This document shows positions 12,695-25,162 of a stretch of DNA of 40,257 bases, piece after piece. The first letter of the stretch is position 1, and each line of letters opens with the position of its first letter. Origin of the DNA: Octopus sinensis (Eukaryota). The stretch spans positions 1-40,257 of the forward strand of contig NW_021835428.1 in NCBI RefSeq assembly GCF_006345805.1. Reading direction: 5' to 3'. Position numbers and translations under genes: made by a program. Under the pieces are notes generated by a model, which saw nothing but the letters and a program-made list of their open reading frames with translations, was not told the origin of the DNA and made no database searches.

Positions 12695-12875
12695 TGTTAT
12701 GCTTGGGAGCGGTCATATTTTTTCAGTTAAACACACACACTGTATATTTGGCCTTCACTTCAGCTTTTTACTATTATTTTACTTTCCTTGTCAAAGTTCT
12801 TTCGTGACACATCCTGTAACCTCCTCAGCGACTCTCTATCCCACGTGTCTCCTTTTGTTCTGCTTATTCCATTTT
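12465..12875 (+). mobile_element. Probable PLE-derived remnant with 19-bp hairpin and decayed hammerhead-like motif
   Basis: ttcgtcggacagttttggt / accaaaaccgtccaacgaa inverted pair overlapping cCAACGA..GAAAC-tctga-GTA. Confidence 0.35.
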
Positions 12876-12882
12876 CAGACGT

Positions 12883-13113
<231 letters not shown>

Positions 13114-14671
13114 TTTGCCTCGCTGTATGTCCATCTAAGTAGCAATGAGTTGCCAACCCGAGCATGCTTTATTGTGAAATCTTAGGTTTACAAATTATCA
13201 TCTCTACTAGAAATAACGTTCAATCACACGTGAAATGAATAAACTCAAAGCACAAATCAGCCATTAATTTCTTTTGCGAAGAAAATTCCAAGAAAAAAAA
13301 AAACATAACAAACAGTATCTACTTTGAGTTCAACGACCTTACAGCATTCTAGACCACCCACAATACAGTACAAGTTTTTTTTTCCGTTATGTATAGTTAT
13401 TGTCATTGTCTTCCTGTATGTTGTTGTTGTTGTTGTTATAGTTTCCGATGTTTACATTCAGGTGCATCATCGATTTTCTGGAATCTTTGGTTTGGTTCCA
13501 AATCCTTTACATATCGTTTTTTTTCCTCCTTTTTTTTTTTTTTTTTTTTTTTGAACCAGGAGTGGTTACCTTGGTCAACACGCTCTAAATTAAACGAAAT
13601 ACAGGTACTTGCACATTAGTGTAAATTAGTGCGGATTATAAGAGGTACCCTACCATCAGTGTCTGAGAAGTCGGTGTTGTACCCGTATCTATATATAATC
13701 TGCGTAGCGAGACCAGTTCCCGTGACCTTTTTTTTATTGATAATAGAGGTGATGTTGAAGGCGATGTGGCGTGGTAGAACAATAGTCATAATGGTACGGT
13801 GGTAGTGGTGGTGGTGGTGGTGGCCATCGTCGTTGTCATGTTGGAGATGTCGATATGGCAATGGTGTTTCTGATGCTTGTGTTGGTGGTAATGCAAAAGC
13901 CTGCGGATCTTTTGTTTGCCTGCCACTTTTCAATTTCTTCAATTTTTGTTCAAGTTTATTTCATATTTGGCGTATTGGTGTAGTTTTGTAAAGTAAGCAT
14001 TAACGTAAAATTCATTTTCGCCATAAATTAATAAATAAAGAGTTAATAGCTTTTAAAGTTTACAAATTTTGGGTAGTTAGCAGCCTGTTTCCATAGTAGT
14101 AACAAGCAAAGCTGTTACCAAACTGCTTACGACATGTTTTTTTTTGGGGGGGGGTCGTTTATTAACTACTTAAAACATGTGGTATGAAGTGATCATCAGA
14201 TCTGCTTAAAATAACAGCTAAATAAGCCTTAAATCACGCACGAAAAATTGTTTTTGCCTTTTAACATAATTGTATGAATTCTCGAGTGTAGATTCTGAAA
14301 ATTTCAAAAAGTAACAAAATTATGAGGGGTTATATGGCGTGCGTGAAGCAGAATTCCACCAATATTTCATTTGTTTACAGTTTCAAACACTTGTTGTGAA
14401 GAACAAAATGACAGCTTCTAAATCCTGTATTCTGATTGGATAAAAATTATCAAGCTTTAAACCCCTGTGTGTTTTTTTTCTGTAAAAAGTGAATTATCTC
14501 CTGAGATTCAGCGTGGAAAATTGTATCACTGCAACAAATTTTAATATTTTCACTAAAATTAAAAATTCCCACAGGTGCAAACAGAAAAGGTCCAAGGGTA
14601 CTGCTTCGCCTTGGCGGTAGCGCCCTCTGCAAAATATTTTTTTAAAATCCTACATTACGCAGCTTGAGAGT

Positions 14672-15574
14672 TATACTCACATGACCCGAAATAACTGACA
14701 AAAAGAGACAAGAAGGTGTCAAGAAGGTGGAGGTAGCATGAATAAATTAAGATCATAACATGCCGGCGGGAAATAACATCACTAGGTGAGACAAGCTGAC
14801 ACTGAATCAGCTTCGCTGACTGACAGGTGACGGTCGTTTAGAGAATGCGCGGGCTAAGACTACGCGCCTTCACTAGTCAGTGAAGGTGAGACAGTGTCAC
14901 GTGACAACTTGCTGGGGATGCCTGCTGGAGCCTAGCGGCATGTATTTAAAGGAAAAAAATTGACAAGTCAGTCAGTCACCGGCTGACACTCGCTGACGAT
15001 ACATTGAAGAGGCCAGGGAACAGAAGAAAGAAGAAAGAAGACATGCACCCAACACCAGAGCTGAAGACACCTCCGAAAGGGGGAGCGCCACGTCAAAACG
15101 GTAGAGGAGTAGGGGCCGAAACCGGACGTGGTTCCTCCTGATGATGTCTTGAGCTAACTGGATCCTATAAAGGAGCTGTTGTGGTAGCAGACCACGAAAC
15201 ACGGTTGTAGTTCCTGCTGTAGTAAGAAGTAGAAGTGGACTTGTGTAAGACGTTTATTGCCTCACAATGGCTTTTTATGTTGCAAATATAAGAGGTTTAT
15301 TGCCTCCTTGATATTTTACTATGTAAGAGGTTTGTTGCCTCAATATGGTATTTATAAAGAACAATGTGCTCGGGTGAACAGCAATCGGCGGACGTTGCTG
15401 TTGCCTTTGTTATTATCATATCGTTTGTCATTCCATCTAATTATGTCCTGGTCCAGCCCGCAGCTTCTTTTCTTTGTAAGGCCTTTGTGGCCAATTTAAT
15501 GAATAAAAGAAGTGGAATAGGTTAACGAGGCTTCGTAAAACTGAAAACCCGATGCTGTTCGAATTCTTGTCACA
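14672..15574 (+). mobile_element. Solo-LTR-like sequence (tentative)
   Basis: TATA-like tgtatttaaagg at 14941 followed by gtcagtcagtca, AATAAA at 15502, end tgtcaca, gagt on both flanks (14668-14671 and 15575-15578); the 5' end reads TA rather than TG. Confidence 0.35.
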
Positions 15575-15685
15575 GAGTAGAATCCATTAACTGCTTTCCT
15601 AACTGTCAAACGGTTGCGCTAAACAAGACAACGTGAATAAGGTTATCTGCTGAAAAGAACGGTCACAATCCGTTACTGGATTATT

Positions 15686-15735
15686 ATGGTGGTGAGGGGT
15701 CAGGATGGTGGTGGTGGTTGTGGTGGTGGTGGTGG

Positions 15736-15784
<49 letters not shown>

Positions 15785-16006
15785 GGTGGTGGTGGTGATG
15801 ATGATGGTGGTGGTGGTGGTGGTGGTGGTGGTGGTGGTGGTGGTGGTGGTGGTGTGGTGGTGATGATGATGATGATAATGATGATGATGATGGTGGTGGC
15901 GGCGGTGGTGGTGGTGGTGGTGGTGGTGATGATGATGATGATAATGATGATGATGGTGGTGGTGGTGGTGGTGGTGGTGGTGGTGGTGGTGGTGGTGGTG
16001 GTGATC

Positions 16007-16038
<32 letters not shown>

Positions 16039-16075
16039 AATGGTGAAGATGATGATGATGATGGTTGTGGAAGTG
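15686..16075. repeat. (GGT)n/(GAT)n trinucleotide mosaic
   Basis: Directly visible. Confidence 0.95.
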
Positions 16076-16541
16076 GTGGTGGGAGGAGGAGAAGAAGCAG
16101 GTGGTGAATGTGGTGAGTGGCGGGGAGAGAAGAAGCAGGAATAAGACAAGGGACCGGATTCACAGTTATTTCATTTCATCTGTAAAAGTAAACGAGTAAA
16201 TAGGATGCGATTGTTACTCAATTTGTTCGGTGAAGCGGAATGTACAGATTAGATGATGGTTTGACCCGATGTGACTGGAGTTCACTCGAGCTGACCTCAG
16301 TTAATCTGCATTGACCTCTGTTGAATGAGTGAGTGAGTGAGTGAGTGAGTGAGTAAGGGTGGGCGGGTGGTAGGGATGTAGGTATGGACGAACGGAGGGT
16401 GAGAGGGAGTTTGGAGTATCTCCTCTTTGTTTACGAAATACTTCCTACAATGAATATCCAAGCGCAATCGCAACAAGCATCTGCATAACATATTAGGCGA
16501 CATCTACGAGCACACGTGATGCATACACGTACTTATAATAT

Positions 16542-16715
16542 GGCGCACTGGAGTGGCTGTGTGGTAAGTAGCTTGCTTACCAACCACATGGTTCCGGGTT
16601 CACTCCCACTGCGTGGCACCTTGGGCAAGTGCCTTCTACTATAGCCTCGGGCCGACCAAAGCCTTGTGAGTGGATTCGGTAGATGGAAACTGAAAGAAGC
16701 CCGTCGTATATATGC

Positions 16716-16790
<75 letters not shown>

Positions 16791-16996
16791 TGTGTCTGTG
16801 TTTGTCCCTCCCACCATCGCTTGACAACCGATGCTGGTGTGTTTACGTCCCTGTAACTTAGCGGTTCGACAAAAGAGACCGGTAGGATAAGTACTAGGCT
16901 TACAAAGAATAAGTCCTGGGGACGATTTGCTCGACTAAAAGCGGTGCTCCAGCATGGCCACAGTCAAATGACTGAAACAAGTAAAAGAGTAAAAGA
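16542..16996 (+). mobile_element. SINE family A, full length with internal (TG)n
   Basis: Head ggagtggctgtgtggtaagtagcttg, B-box-like ggttccgggttcactccc, central (TG)n, tail gcggtgctccagcatggccacagtcaaatgactgaaacaa(gtaaaaga)n. Confidence 0.92.
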
Positions 16997-17041
16997 ATAT
17001 ATACATATTTATATACACATATATATATATATATATATATA

Positions 17042-17739
17042 CTAGCATTAAAAACCCGTCGTTGCCGGGTCATAGTGCTAGTGCATGTATATATGTGTAT
17101 GTATATGTATACATATTACATGTACGTCTATATACATACATCTACACATACAATGATATCGCTAGTGATAACAATACTCAAAATATATAACAGACTGGAA
17201 TTGTTAGCTCTTCTTTTTTCCCTACATTGTATACTTTATGAACAATAGTCTTTTCTTTAATTTAATTTTTTATTATCCATCTGGACTATTCCATTTCTGC
17301 ACGCTAATTTTATTTTTAACTTATTCCCATTCATGTGAAACCACTTATTCAAGTTCAAATCATTGATGCAATTTTATACCAATTGCTAATTTTAGTTTTG
17401 TTATGTTACGATTATATTATACTTTAGTTTGATTTTAATTATTACTTACTACATATAATTCAATTGTTATTATTTTCATTGTTAAAGTGAAAGCGTCTGA
17501 CATAAAATAGAGAAATATTTTTGTTTCACTTTTAACATCTAATACTGAAATAGTGGAGAAGATATGATATTGCTATGGGCTTGCTCTAGGCAAGAAGTTG
17601 AACATCTTTTTTGCCCATGAAACTACATGGACCCTAAGTAAGGCATGTGTAAAATTTGAATGAAATTGGTTGTGTAGTTCTCAAGTTTTAGGGAAACAGA
17701 CAGACAGACACACACACATTCTCAGTTTTATATATATAA

Positions 17740-17742
<3 letters not shown>
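17042..17742 (-). mobile_element. Non-autonomous Helitron, family H2 (701 bp)
   Basis: Minus strand A|TCtttatatatataaaac ... acccggcaacgacgggt hairpin ... CTAG|T, inserted in (TA)n. Confidence 0.8.
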
Positions 17743-18375
<633 letters not shown>

Positions 18376-19099
18376 GTATTTAATACAACTTAGTCATTAT
18401 AGAAATTGTACATACATGCTATTTGTCAATATGGTGGCGAACATTTCACGCGTGTTAAACAGATTCAGACTGTTGAAAATTTTTTCTTTGCTATAAAGAA
18501 TGGCGATACAATGTTTCGTTCACCTTTTGTTCAAATAGAATGGTTATTTCGAGAAGTCAACATGTATAATATTTTTAGTAATTTGGAAGATAACGGCAAA
18601 ATTATACTCACTTGTTAAATATTTGGGGTTGTTTTTCAAAGAATTATTTTTTTTCTTTTGTCTTTGCTGTAAACACATTTTGAATTCTATTTAAATTTTT
18701 ATAAGGAACACACTATCCATTATAAATATAGTTTTCTTTTATAAATATAAATTCCCACGGCTGTACGGAAGAATGGTAAAGTCGAAACACATCTCAGGGA
18801 AACATAAGCAATTGTTTGAAGAAGAAAATTTTCAATATAAGTTAATTTTGTCAAACTCACGATGTTTCATACATTTTCTCAAAACAACTCTTAAAGTTTT
18901 TTTAATTTTATTTATACATATTTTTTTTTTAATTTACCCAATACACATGTTATTATTGAAAAGCAGATACTTTCACCGATAGCAAAAACAAAGTGAAGAC
19001 AGCATATCTTTCAGTTTCTTTTCATTGGTTCCTTGTTTTTGGTCTTTGAAAACGTTTATCCTTAATTGAAGGTCAATGGGAAACCAGCCATTCGTTCGG

Positions 19100-19265
19100 C
19101 TTTTGTTGTTATAGCTGTTGTTGCTACTGCTACTGCTGATGATAATGATAATGATGAGGAGGAGGAGGATGAACGTGAAGAAAACAACGTCAATGACGAC
19201 GACGAAGAAGGTGATGATGCAGGTGGTGGTGGTGGTGGTGGTGGTGGTGGTGGTGGTAATGGTGG
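19100..19265. repeat. Degenerate trinucleotide mosaic (GTT/GAT/GAG/GGT)
   Basis: Directly visible. Confidence 0.85.
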
Positions 19266-19331
19266 TATACACACGCATACATACATGCATATATACATAC
19301 ATAGATGCATTCATATATATATATATATATA

Positions 19332-19726
19332 CTAGCAGTATCGCCCGGCGTTGCTCTGGTTTGTAAGGGAAATAACTATATAAGCATTTTTAGAGAGTTA
19401 TAGCCAAAAAAATAGCAAAAAAATGCATTAAAATGGAAAAAAATGATGGTAATTTTTTTTTTAAATCGTTGACTCATCGTAGACATTTTTAGAGAGTTAC
19501 TTCCTTTATATAATAGCGAAAAAAATGCATTAAAATGGAAACAAATGATGGTAATTTTTTTTTATCGTAGACTCATAGTAGACGCGCGCTAATACCCAGA
19601 AGGGCTCGATATGAATCACGACTATAAGATACCCGGTTTTGGTTAAACTGCACCGCAAAATGTGGGAGTAGTTAGGAATCTAAATCGTAGGAGACAGACA
19701 CACAACCTTACTTTTATATATAAAGA
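19332..19726 (-). mobile_element. Helitron H1, copy 2
   Basis: A|TC..CTAG|T termini on the minus strand, inserted in a TA tract; near-identical to copy 1. Confidence 0.88.
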
Positions 19727-20103
19727 TATGTATGTATATATACACACACAAACACAACACATTTATAATTACATCGGTTAATGTATACATGTGTACATAT
19801 ATAGATACACTTCAAGCTATATGCATGCATGTTTGTATATGTGTGTGTGTACTTATATGCTATTTATACGTATGCTATTTATACATATATCCATATATAT
19901 ATATATATGCATATGTAGATATATCCATATATATATGTGTGTGTGTGTAGTTGTGTCATTCTCTTTTAGTGCCTTATTATTTAACACACTCACCGGTTAA
20001 GTTTCCAATCATTTACTTATTTATTTTTCCTAGAGTTTTCGTTGCAACATGCAAACTTTCCAATAGCCGTTGACTCTCATTATATATATATATATATATA
20101 TAT

Positions 20104-21178
20104 GATTTGATTTTGATTTTGATTTTTCCAGTTTCAGCTAATGAGCTGTGGCCATGCTGGGGCACCGCCATTTGGTTTGCTACACGGTTTTACCTCACGG
20201 ATGCTTTTTAGCAAACGCCATCTGATGCATGAGAGAGTTCGATGCAGCTGCCCTCATCTGCACCTCCTGCCGTGGAGTTGGTTCATCCGGAACACCTGAC
20301 AGGAAGAGATCCAGTCCTACTTTAAAGACATCCGCATCTACACCATGCAGGTCCCTCAGGTTCTTCGGGAGGATATTGAAGAGCCGCGGGCCTCTGAAGC
20401 CCAGGCTATCACAATATCTTGTCCTACATCTTGATGGCAAATTGGGAGTCCTTGGTACTACGCAGTGGCGTCCGGTTCTGGCATTTGTGTGACTCTCGAT
20501 GCCAAAGTCTGGGACAAGACCTTCCAGGATCTTCCAGATATATATTATGGCATATCTTTCTCGCCTACGCTCCAGGGAATAGAGCTTTAATCTCTTGAGT
20601 CTCTCCCAGTAGCTCATATGCTGCACAGAGGCTATCTTCTTCGTGTAGCTTCGTTGGATCGCCTCAAGTTCTGTGATCAGCTTGACACTGGATGGTGACC
20701 ATAGCTGAGAGCAATAGTCAAAGTGGCTTAGGACAAGTGTCTTCCAGAGGACCATCATGGTTTCTTGTTCTCTTGTTCTAAAGGTTCTAAGAATCCATCC
20801 AGCCAGCCGTCTACATTTCATTGTCAGTTTAGCAACATGTACATGAAAGGTCGCGTCATCACTCATGTGAATACCCAGGTCACGCACTGTTTGTGCGTCT
20901 GGGATTGCAATCCCTCCGGGTTCAGTGTATTCATTGGGTATTGCATTCAGTTTTGCATGCTGATAGTATAAAGCTTGAAACTTTTCAGCATTGAACTGCA
21001 TGCTATTCTTTTCAGCCCACTTGTATATTTCGTCCAGCTCACATTGCAGGTGCTTAGTGTCTTCAGGGTTCTGTATTGCCTGTGAAACTTTTGTATCATC
21101 TGCATAACTTGTGATCGTGGCTCTCTGCGTGGCTGAGGGCATGTCTGAGAGGGCCATTATGAACAGTAGTGGTCCCAA

Positions 21179-21180
<2 letters not shown>
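20104..21180 (-). mobile_element. 5'-truncated CR1-group LINE with (AAAATC)n tail, flanked by (TA)n on both sides
   Basis: RT motifs GPLLF and YADD; CR1-type C-terminus DYCSQLWSP and YWERLKRLKLYSLERRRER; short 3' UTR then tandem tail. Confidence 0.88.
20195..21178 (-). CDS. Non-LTR reverse transcriptase C-terminal half (327 aa, partial, no stops)
   Basis: ORF track translation with YADDTK, KFQ, RDLG motifs. Confidence 0.85.
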   Translation of the reverse strand: MGPLLFIMALSDMPSATQRATITSYADDTKVSQAIQNPEDTKHLQCELDEIYKWAEKNSMQFNAEKFQALYYQHAKLNAIPNEYTEPGGIAIPDAQTVRDLGIHMSDDATFHVHVAKLTMKCRRLAGWILRTFRTREQETMMVLWKTLVLSHFDYCSQLWSPSSVKLITELEAIQRSYTKKIASVQHMSYWERLKRLKLYSLERRRERYAIIYIWKILEGLVPDFGIESHTNARTGRHCVVPRTPNLPSRCRTRYCDSLGFRGPRLFNILPKNLRDLHGVDADVFKVGLDLFLSGVPDEPTPRQEVQMRAAASNSLMHQMAFAKKHP

Positions 21181-21214
<34 letters not shown>

Positions 21215-21215
<1 letters not shown>

Positions 21216-21381
21216 GGTTTAAGTAATTGAGATTCAAGTGAGTTCTAATGAATTCACATGAATATGGTCCTTAACTATATGCACCGGAAATCTATATGGT
21301 GTTAACCATACGACAAGTGGGGTGATTACAAATAGGAAAAAAGCAACAAGAATGGATCAATTCTTGCTGCTTTTTTCCTAT
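21215..21381 (+). mobile_element. Hairpin-terminated repeat family P, copy 1
   Basis: Homologous to the reverse complement of 22685-22880; ends in a 22-bp inverted repeat (1 mismatch, 6-nt loop); TA tracts at both ends. Confidence 0.65.
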
Positions 21382-22341
21382 ATATATTGGCGGCGTTACA
21401 CTTATCTGGCTTTTAAATAGCGTTTATAAATAATACCTGCACCCATAGCCCTTGGTAACAAATTCTGAAATAGCCTTTAAGATAATTACGATTAACCACT
21501 GCAAGGGGAATTACTCCTGTAAGATAAACGGGGCTTGGTTTTTTGACAACGGGGGGTTACCTTGACAAGGCAGGTTCAGACGAACACACACACACATAAA
21601 ACATAATATATTTTTTTCTGCCACCCAACGGTTCTTACTGCAGTAGCCATTGTGTAGAGCGGCTTAACCACTGACAGCCGAGCGATCAAACGCACACACG
21701 TACACAAAAAATGTTTTCTACCCCTTGACGGAGGTCTTGCCAACCTACGCCAGCACACACATATATAGAACAATATACACACACACATGTCTCTAAGTAG
21801 ATTTTTTTCTCGCCCCTTATAAAACATCCAATATTCCTTAAATAGTCAGAACTTTATTCTCGGTCACAGAGAACATCTACACACCCTCACCCACATGAAT
21901 GACCGCTGCCTGACCCGTTAAAATCTTCAGCCACCGGTTCTCAACAGACACTGATAAACAGTTTTGCCATGGGCTCTTAGGAGCCTAGTTCGATTTGTTT
22001 TGCTCCGCCTCTGTTCTGTTTTTGTTTTTTCCAACGGATTTCCTATTTCTTCCTGAAGAGAAAGACACAATATGGTCTCATTATTCAATCGGATTTTGGT
22101 AAATTGTGCCTTTCGAAACACGTGTAGAATGAAATAAAACGATTTCTGTTCAATCTTCGTTCAGCTCCATTTCTTCAATTCACCAATAATATTTTAATTT
22201 CAATTATCCGCACCAACGCACGGTTGCAACACCATATGGTTGTACCTCCAACCGTGCTGTCTTCTGCTGTGATTTTTGCTACCAAGGTATCGGTTAAACT
22301 TTGATTAATCTGCTACAAGATTATGCATCTTTCTATTTCAC

Positions 22342-22397
<56 letters not shown>

Positions 22398-22473
22398 ATA
22401 TAGATATATATATATATATTATATATATATATATCTATATATATATATATATAGATATATATATATATATATA

Positions 22474-22605
22474 CAGTAATCCCTCGACTATCGCGCGTGT
22501 TACGTTCAAAAACCTCCCACAGAAATACTTAGAATCTAAAACAATATAACTGCCTATCAGCCGCAGAAATGCTGATATACTGACGAGTCCGCGATTAAAT
22601 TTACA
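22474..22605 (+). mobile_element. Tigger/pogo-type MITE fragment
   Basis: TA|CAGTAATCCCTCGactatcgcg resembles pogo/Tigger TIR ends; truncated by (TA)n. Confidence 0.5.
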
Positions 22606-22614
22606 TATATATAT

Positions 22615-22683
<69 letters not shown>

Positions 22684-22684
22684 C

Positions 22685-22880
22685 GCGAGAAAGAAGCAAC
22701 AAGAATGGATAGGTTTTTAGTACAAAAACCTATCCATTCTTGTTGCTTCTTTCTCGCTTATAATCACCCCACATTACTGTATTGTTAAAACAGTATAGTT
22801 TTTTTTTTTGGTGCATCTAAGTTAGGTACCATATTCAAGTAAATTCATTTAAATTAACTTGAATCTTTATTGCTTTTTGA
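22685..22880 (-). mobile_element. Hairpin-terminated repeat family P, copy 2
   Basis: Perfect 34-bp inverted repeat (22685-22718 / 22724-22757, 5-nt loop) plus a body homologous to 21215-21332. Confidence 0.65.
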
Positions 22881-23201
22881 ATATATATATATATATATAT
22901 ATTTACACTTATATGTATTGATATATCTATATGTATGTATATGTATGCCCATGTATATATATATATATACAAACCAACCTACCTATATGCGTATATTCAT
23001 ATATACACACAAACTTGCAAACATGCATACATACAAACCTACATAAATACTCGCATGCATAGATAGATGCATACATGCATACATATACACACATGTACAT
23101 ACTCACATACATAAATAAATGCATACATGCATGCATTCATGCATACATGCATACTGCCACACACATTTACATACGTACGCATGCCTGCGTACAAACATAC
23201 A

Positions 23202-23235
<34 letters not shown>

Positions 23236-23656
23236 CACAAAGTTATAAACTTTGAGATATAACATTGTCACATGATTCATACAAGGTGAAAACCAATTTT
23301 GTGGACAACTAGCTTCAAATAAATAAACACAGCTCTCTCTCTCCCACTCTCGCCCTCTCTCTCTCCCCCATCTCTCTCTCCCCCCTCTATCTCCCCCCTC
23401 TCTTACTTCAACTGACTCATAAAACATCAAAGAGAAAACTATATTACACACCAATAGCGCGGCTCGTTAGATGTTATATCTGGATCCGTGGATTCAATTG
23501 CTTAATCGTGTTACTATTGACGCTGTAATATCGAGTTTAACCACAAGGCATAGCATTCGGTTTTCCTTTGTGGCTTAGCCAAGAAAAAGAAATTATTAAC
23601 TGGAAGTGACTAGTATGATTCCTTATAAAGACAAAGCAAATATATATATATATATA

Positions 23657-23709
<53 letters not shown>

Positions 23710-24094
23710 GAGAGAGAGAGATTAAATAGAGCGAAGAATTTCTGCTCTCCCCTTTCCACCAGCGTGGGTTAAAATCAGCATATATATATATATGTATATA
23801 TTTTTGCGGTTGGGTGCGTGCGCATGCATGTGTGTATGTGTATGGTTAAAGTGGCAAAGCTCAAATAATCCAGATTCGCTGAAATATTTATGCAGGAAAG
23901 CCATAACTGGCATGTTTTCCTGTTTGCACAACACTCGCACACACATGCACACACTCCTATAAACATAGAAACATACTCACACACACATACACAAACACGC
24001 ACACACATGTCCGCGCACACATGCGCACACACGAATATGCATACACAAACGCACAATTACACGAATATTTGTATGTGCATGTATGTATGTATAT

Positions 24095-24245
24095 TGTTTT
24101 TTTTTTCTGTGTCCCTTTCTGTGGAAGAGCGTAGGCTCGAAACGTAAAAGACTTTTTTCTATTCCTGAGCGCTATACTAATATATCTGTTTGTTTTGTAT
24201 ACCTCCTGTCTTCGTCTTTTGTTGTTTTCGTAAACTCTCCCTATA
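24095..24245 (+). mobile_element. Probable PLE terminal-repeat fragment carrying a minimal hammerhead motif
   Basis: See the ncRNA feature at 24115; bounded by TA-rich tracts. Confidence 0.5.
24115..24150 (+). ncRNA. Minimal type-I hammerhead ribozyme-like motif (core variant)
   Basis: cttt-CTGTGGA-a-gagc(gtag)gctc-GAAA-C-G-TA-aaag: perfect 4-bp stems I and II, palindromic minimal stem III, GUA triplet; core differs from CUGANGA at A6. Confidence 0.55.
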
Positions 24246-24313
24246 TATATATATGTGCCACAAATTAAAAGGGTGACTTATTAGCAATTAGAACCTAAAG
24301 ACAAAATTAATAG

Positions 24314-25162
24314 AGGTCACAAAAATGGCGGAGAATACTGACTAGCACCGTTTATGCTAAAATAAGAGTTATATTAACTCAGAAGCAACAAAAGTATTAT
24401 ACGTAATGACTGATAAAGGGAGATAAGTCCCTAGAGAGAGAAGGTGGTCTACACCGAAATTCGAAATCGCGATACGGCTATATACGCTAGAGACTTATCT
24501 CCCTTTGTCAGTCATTGGATATAGTGCTTTAGTGGCTTTGGGGTTAATTTAACTTTTATTTTAGAACTAGCGGTATCGCCCGGCGTTTCTCGGATTTGTA
24601 AGAGAAATAACTATATAAGCATTTTTAGAGAGTTATAGCCAAAAAATAGCAAAATATGCATTAAAAAAAATGATGGTAAATTTTTTTTTAAATCGTTGAC
24701 TCATCGTAGACATTTTTAGAGAGTTACTTCCCTTATATAATAGCGAAAAAATGCATTAAAATGGAAAAAATGATGGTAAATTTTTTTTTAAATCGTAGAC
24801 TCATCGTAGACGCGCGCTAATACCCAGAAGGGCTCGATATGAATCACGACTATAAGATACCCGGTTTTGGTTAAACTGCACCGCAAAATGTGGGAGTAGT
24901 TAGGAATCTAAATCGTAGGAGACAGACACACAACCTTACTTTTATATATAAAGAAGAAGAAGATGACTGTTAAAGGGAGATAAGTCCCGAGAGAGAAGGT
25001 TGTCTACACCAAGATTCGAAATCGCGATACGGATATATACGCTAGAGACTTACCTCCCTTTGTCAGTCATTGAATATAGTGCTTTAGTGGCTTTGGGGTT
25101 AATTTAACTTTTATTTTAGAATAAGCGGTGCTAGCCAGTACCCGCCGTCACTTTTGTGACCT
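24314..25162. mobile_element. Foldback/MITE with ~115-bp imperfect TIRs, interrupted by a Helitron and an internal duplication
   Basis: aggtcacaaaa..tgactgataaagggagataagtc at the left is the imperfect reverse complement of gacttacctccctttgtcagtca..ttttgtgacct at the right. Confidence 0.75.
24567..24954 (-). mobile_element. Helitron H1, copy 3
   Basis: CTAG end at 24567-24570; 5' end followed on the plus strand by a short gaa slippage (aagaagaagaagat). Confidence 0.88.

Noticed and set aside
14380-14640. Possible DNA-transposon end
   Set aside because: No partner TIR, TSD or second copy found in the window.
15118-15144. GAAAC..CTGATGA hammerhead-like arrangement
   Set aside because: Only about 4 nt between the putative cleavage site and the core, so stem I cannot form; no stem II partner.
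21927-22070. Minus-strand exon after the acceptor-like tgtctttctcttcAG
   Set aside because: All three frames hit stops before a convincing donor and the peptide resembles nothing I recognise.
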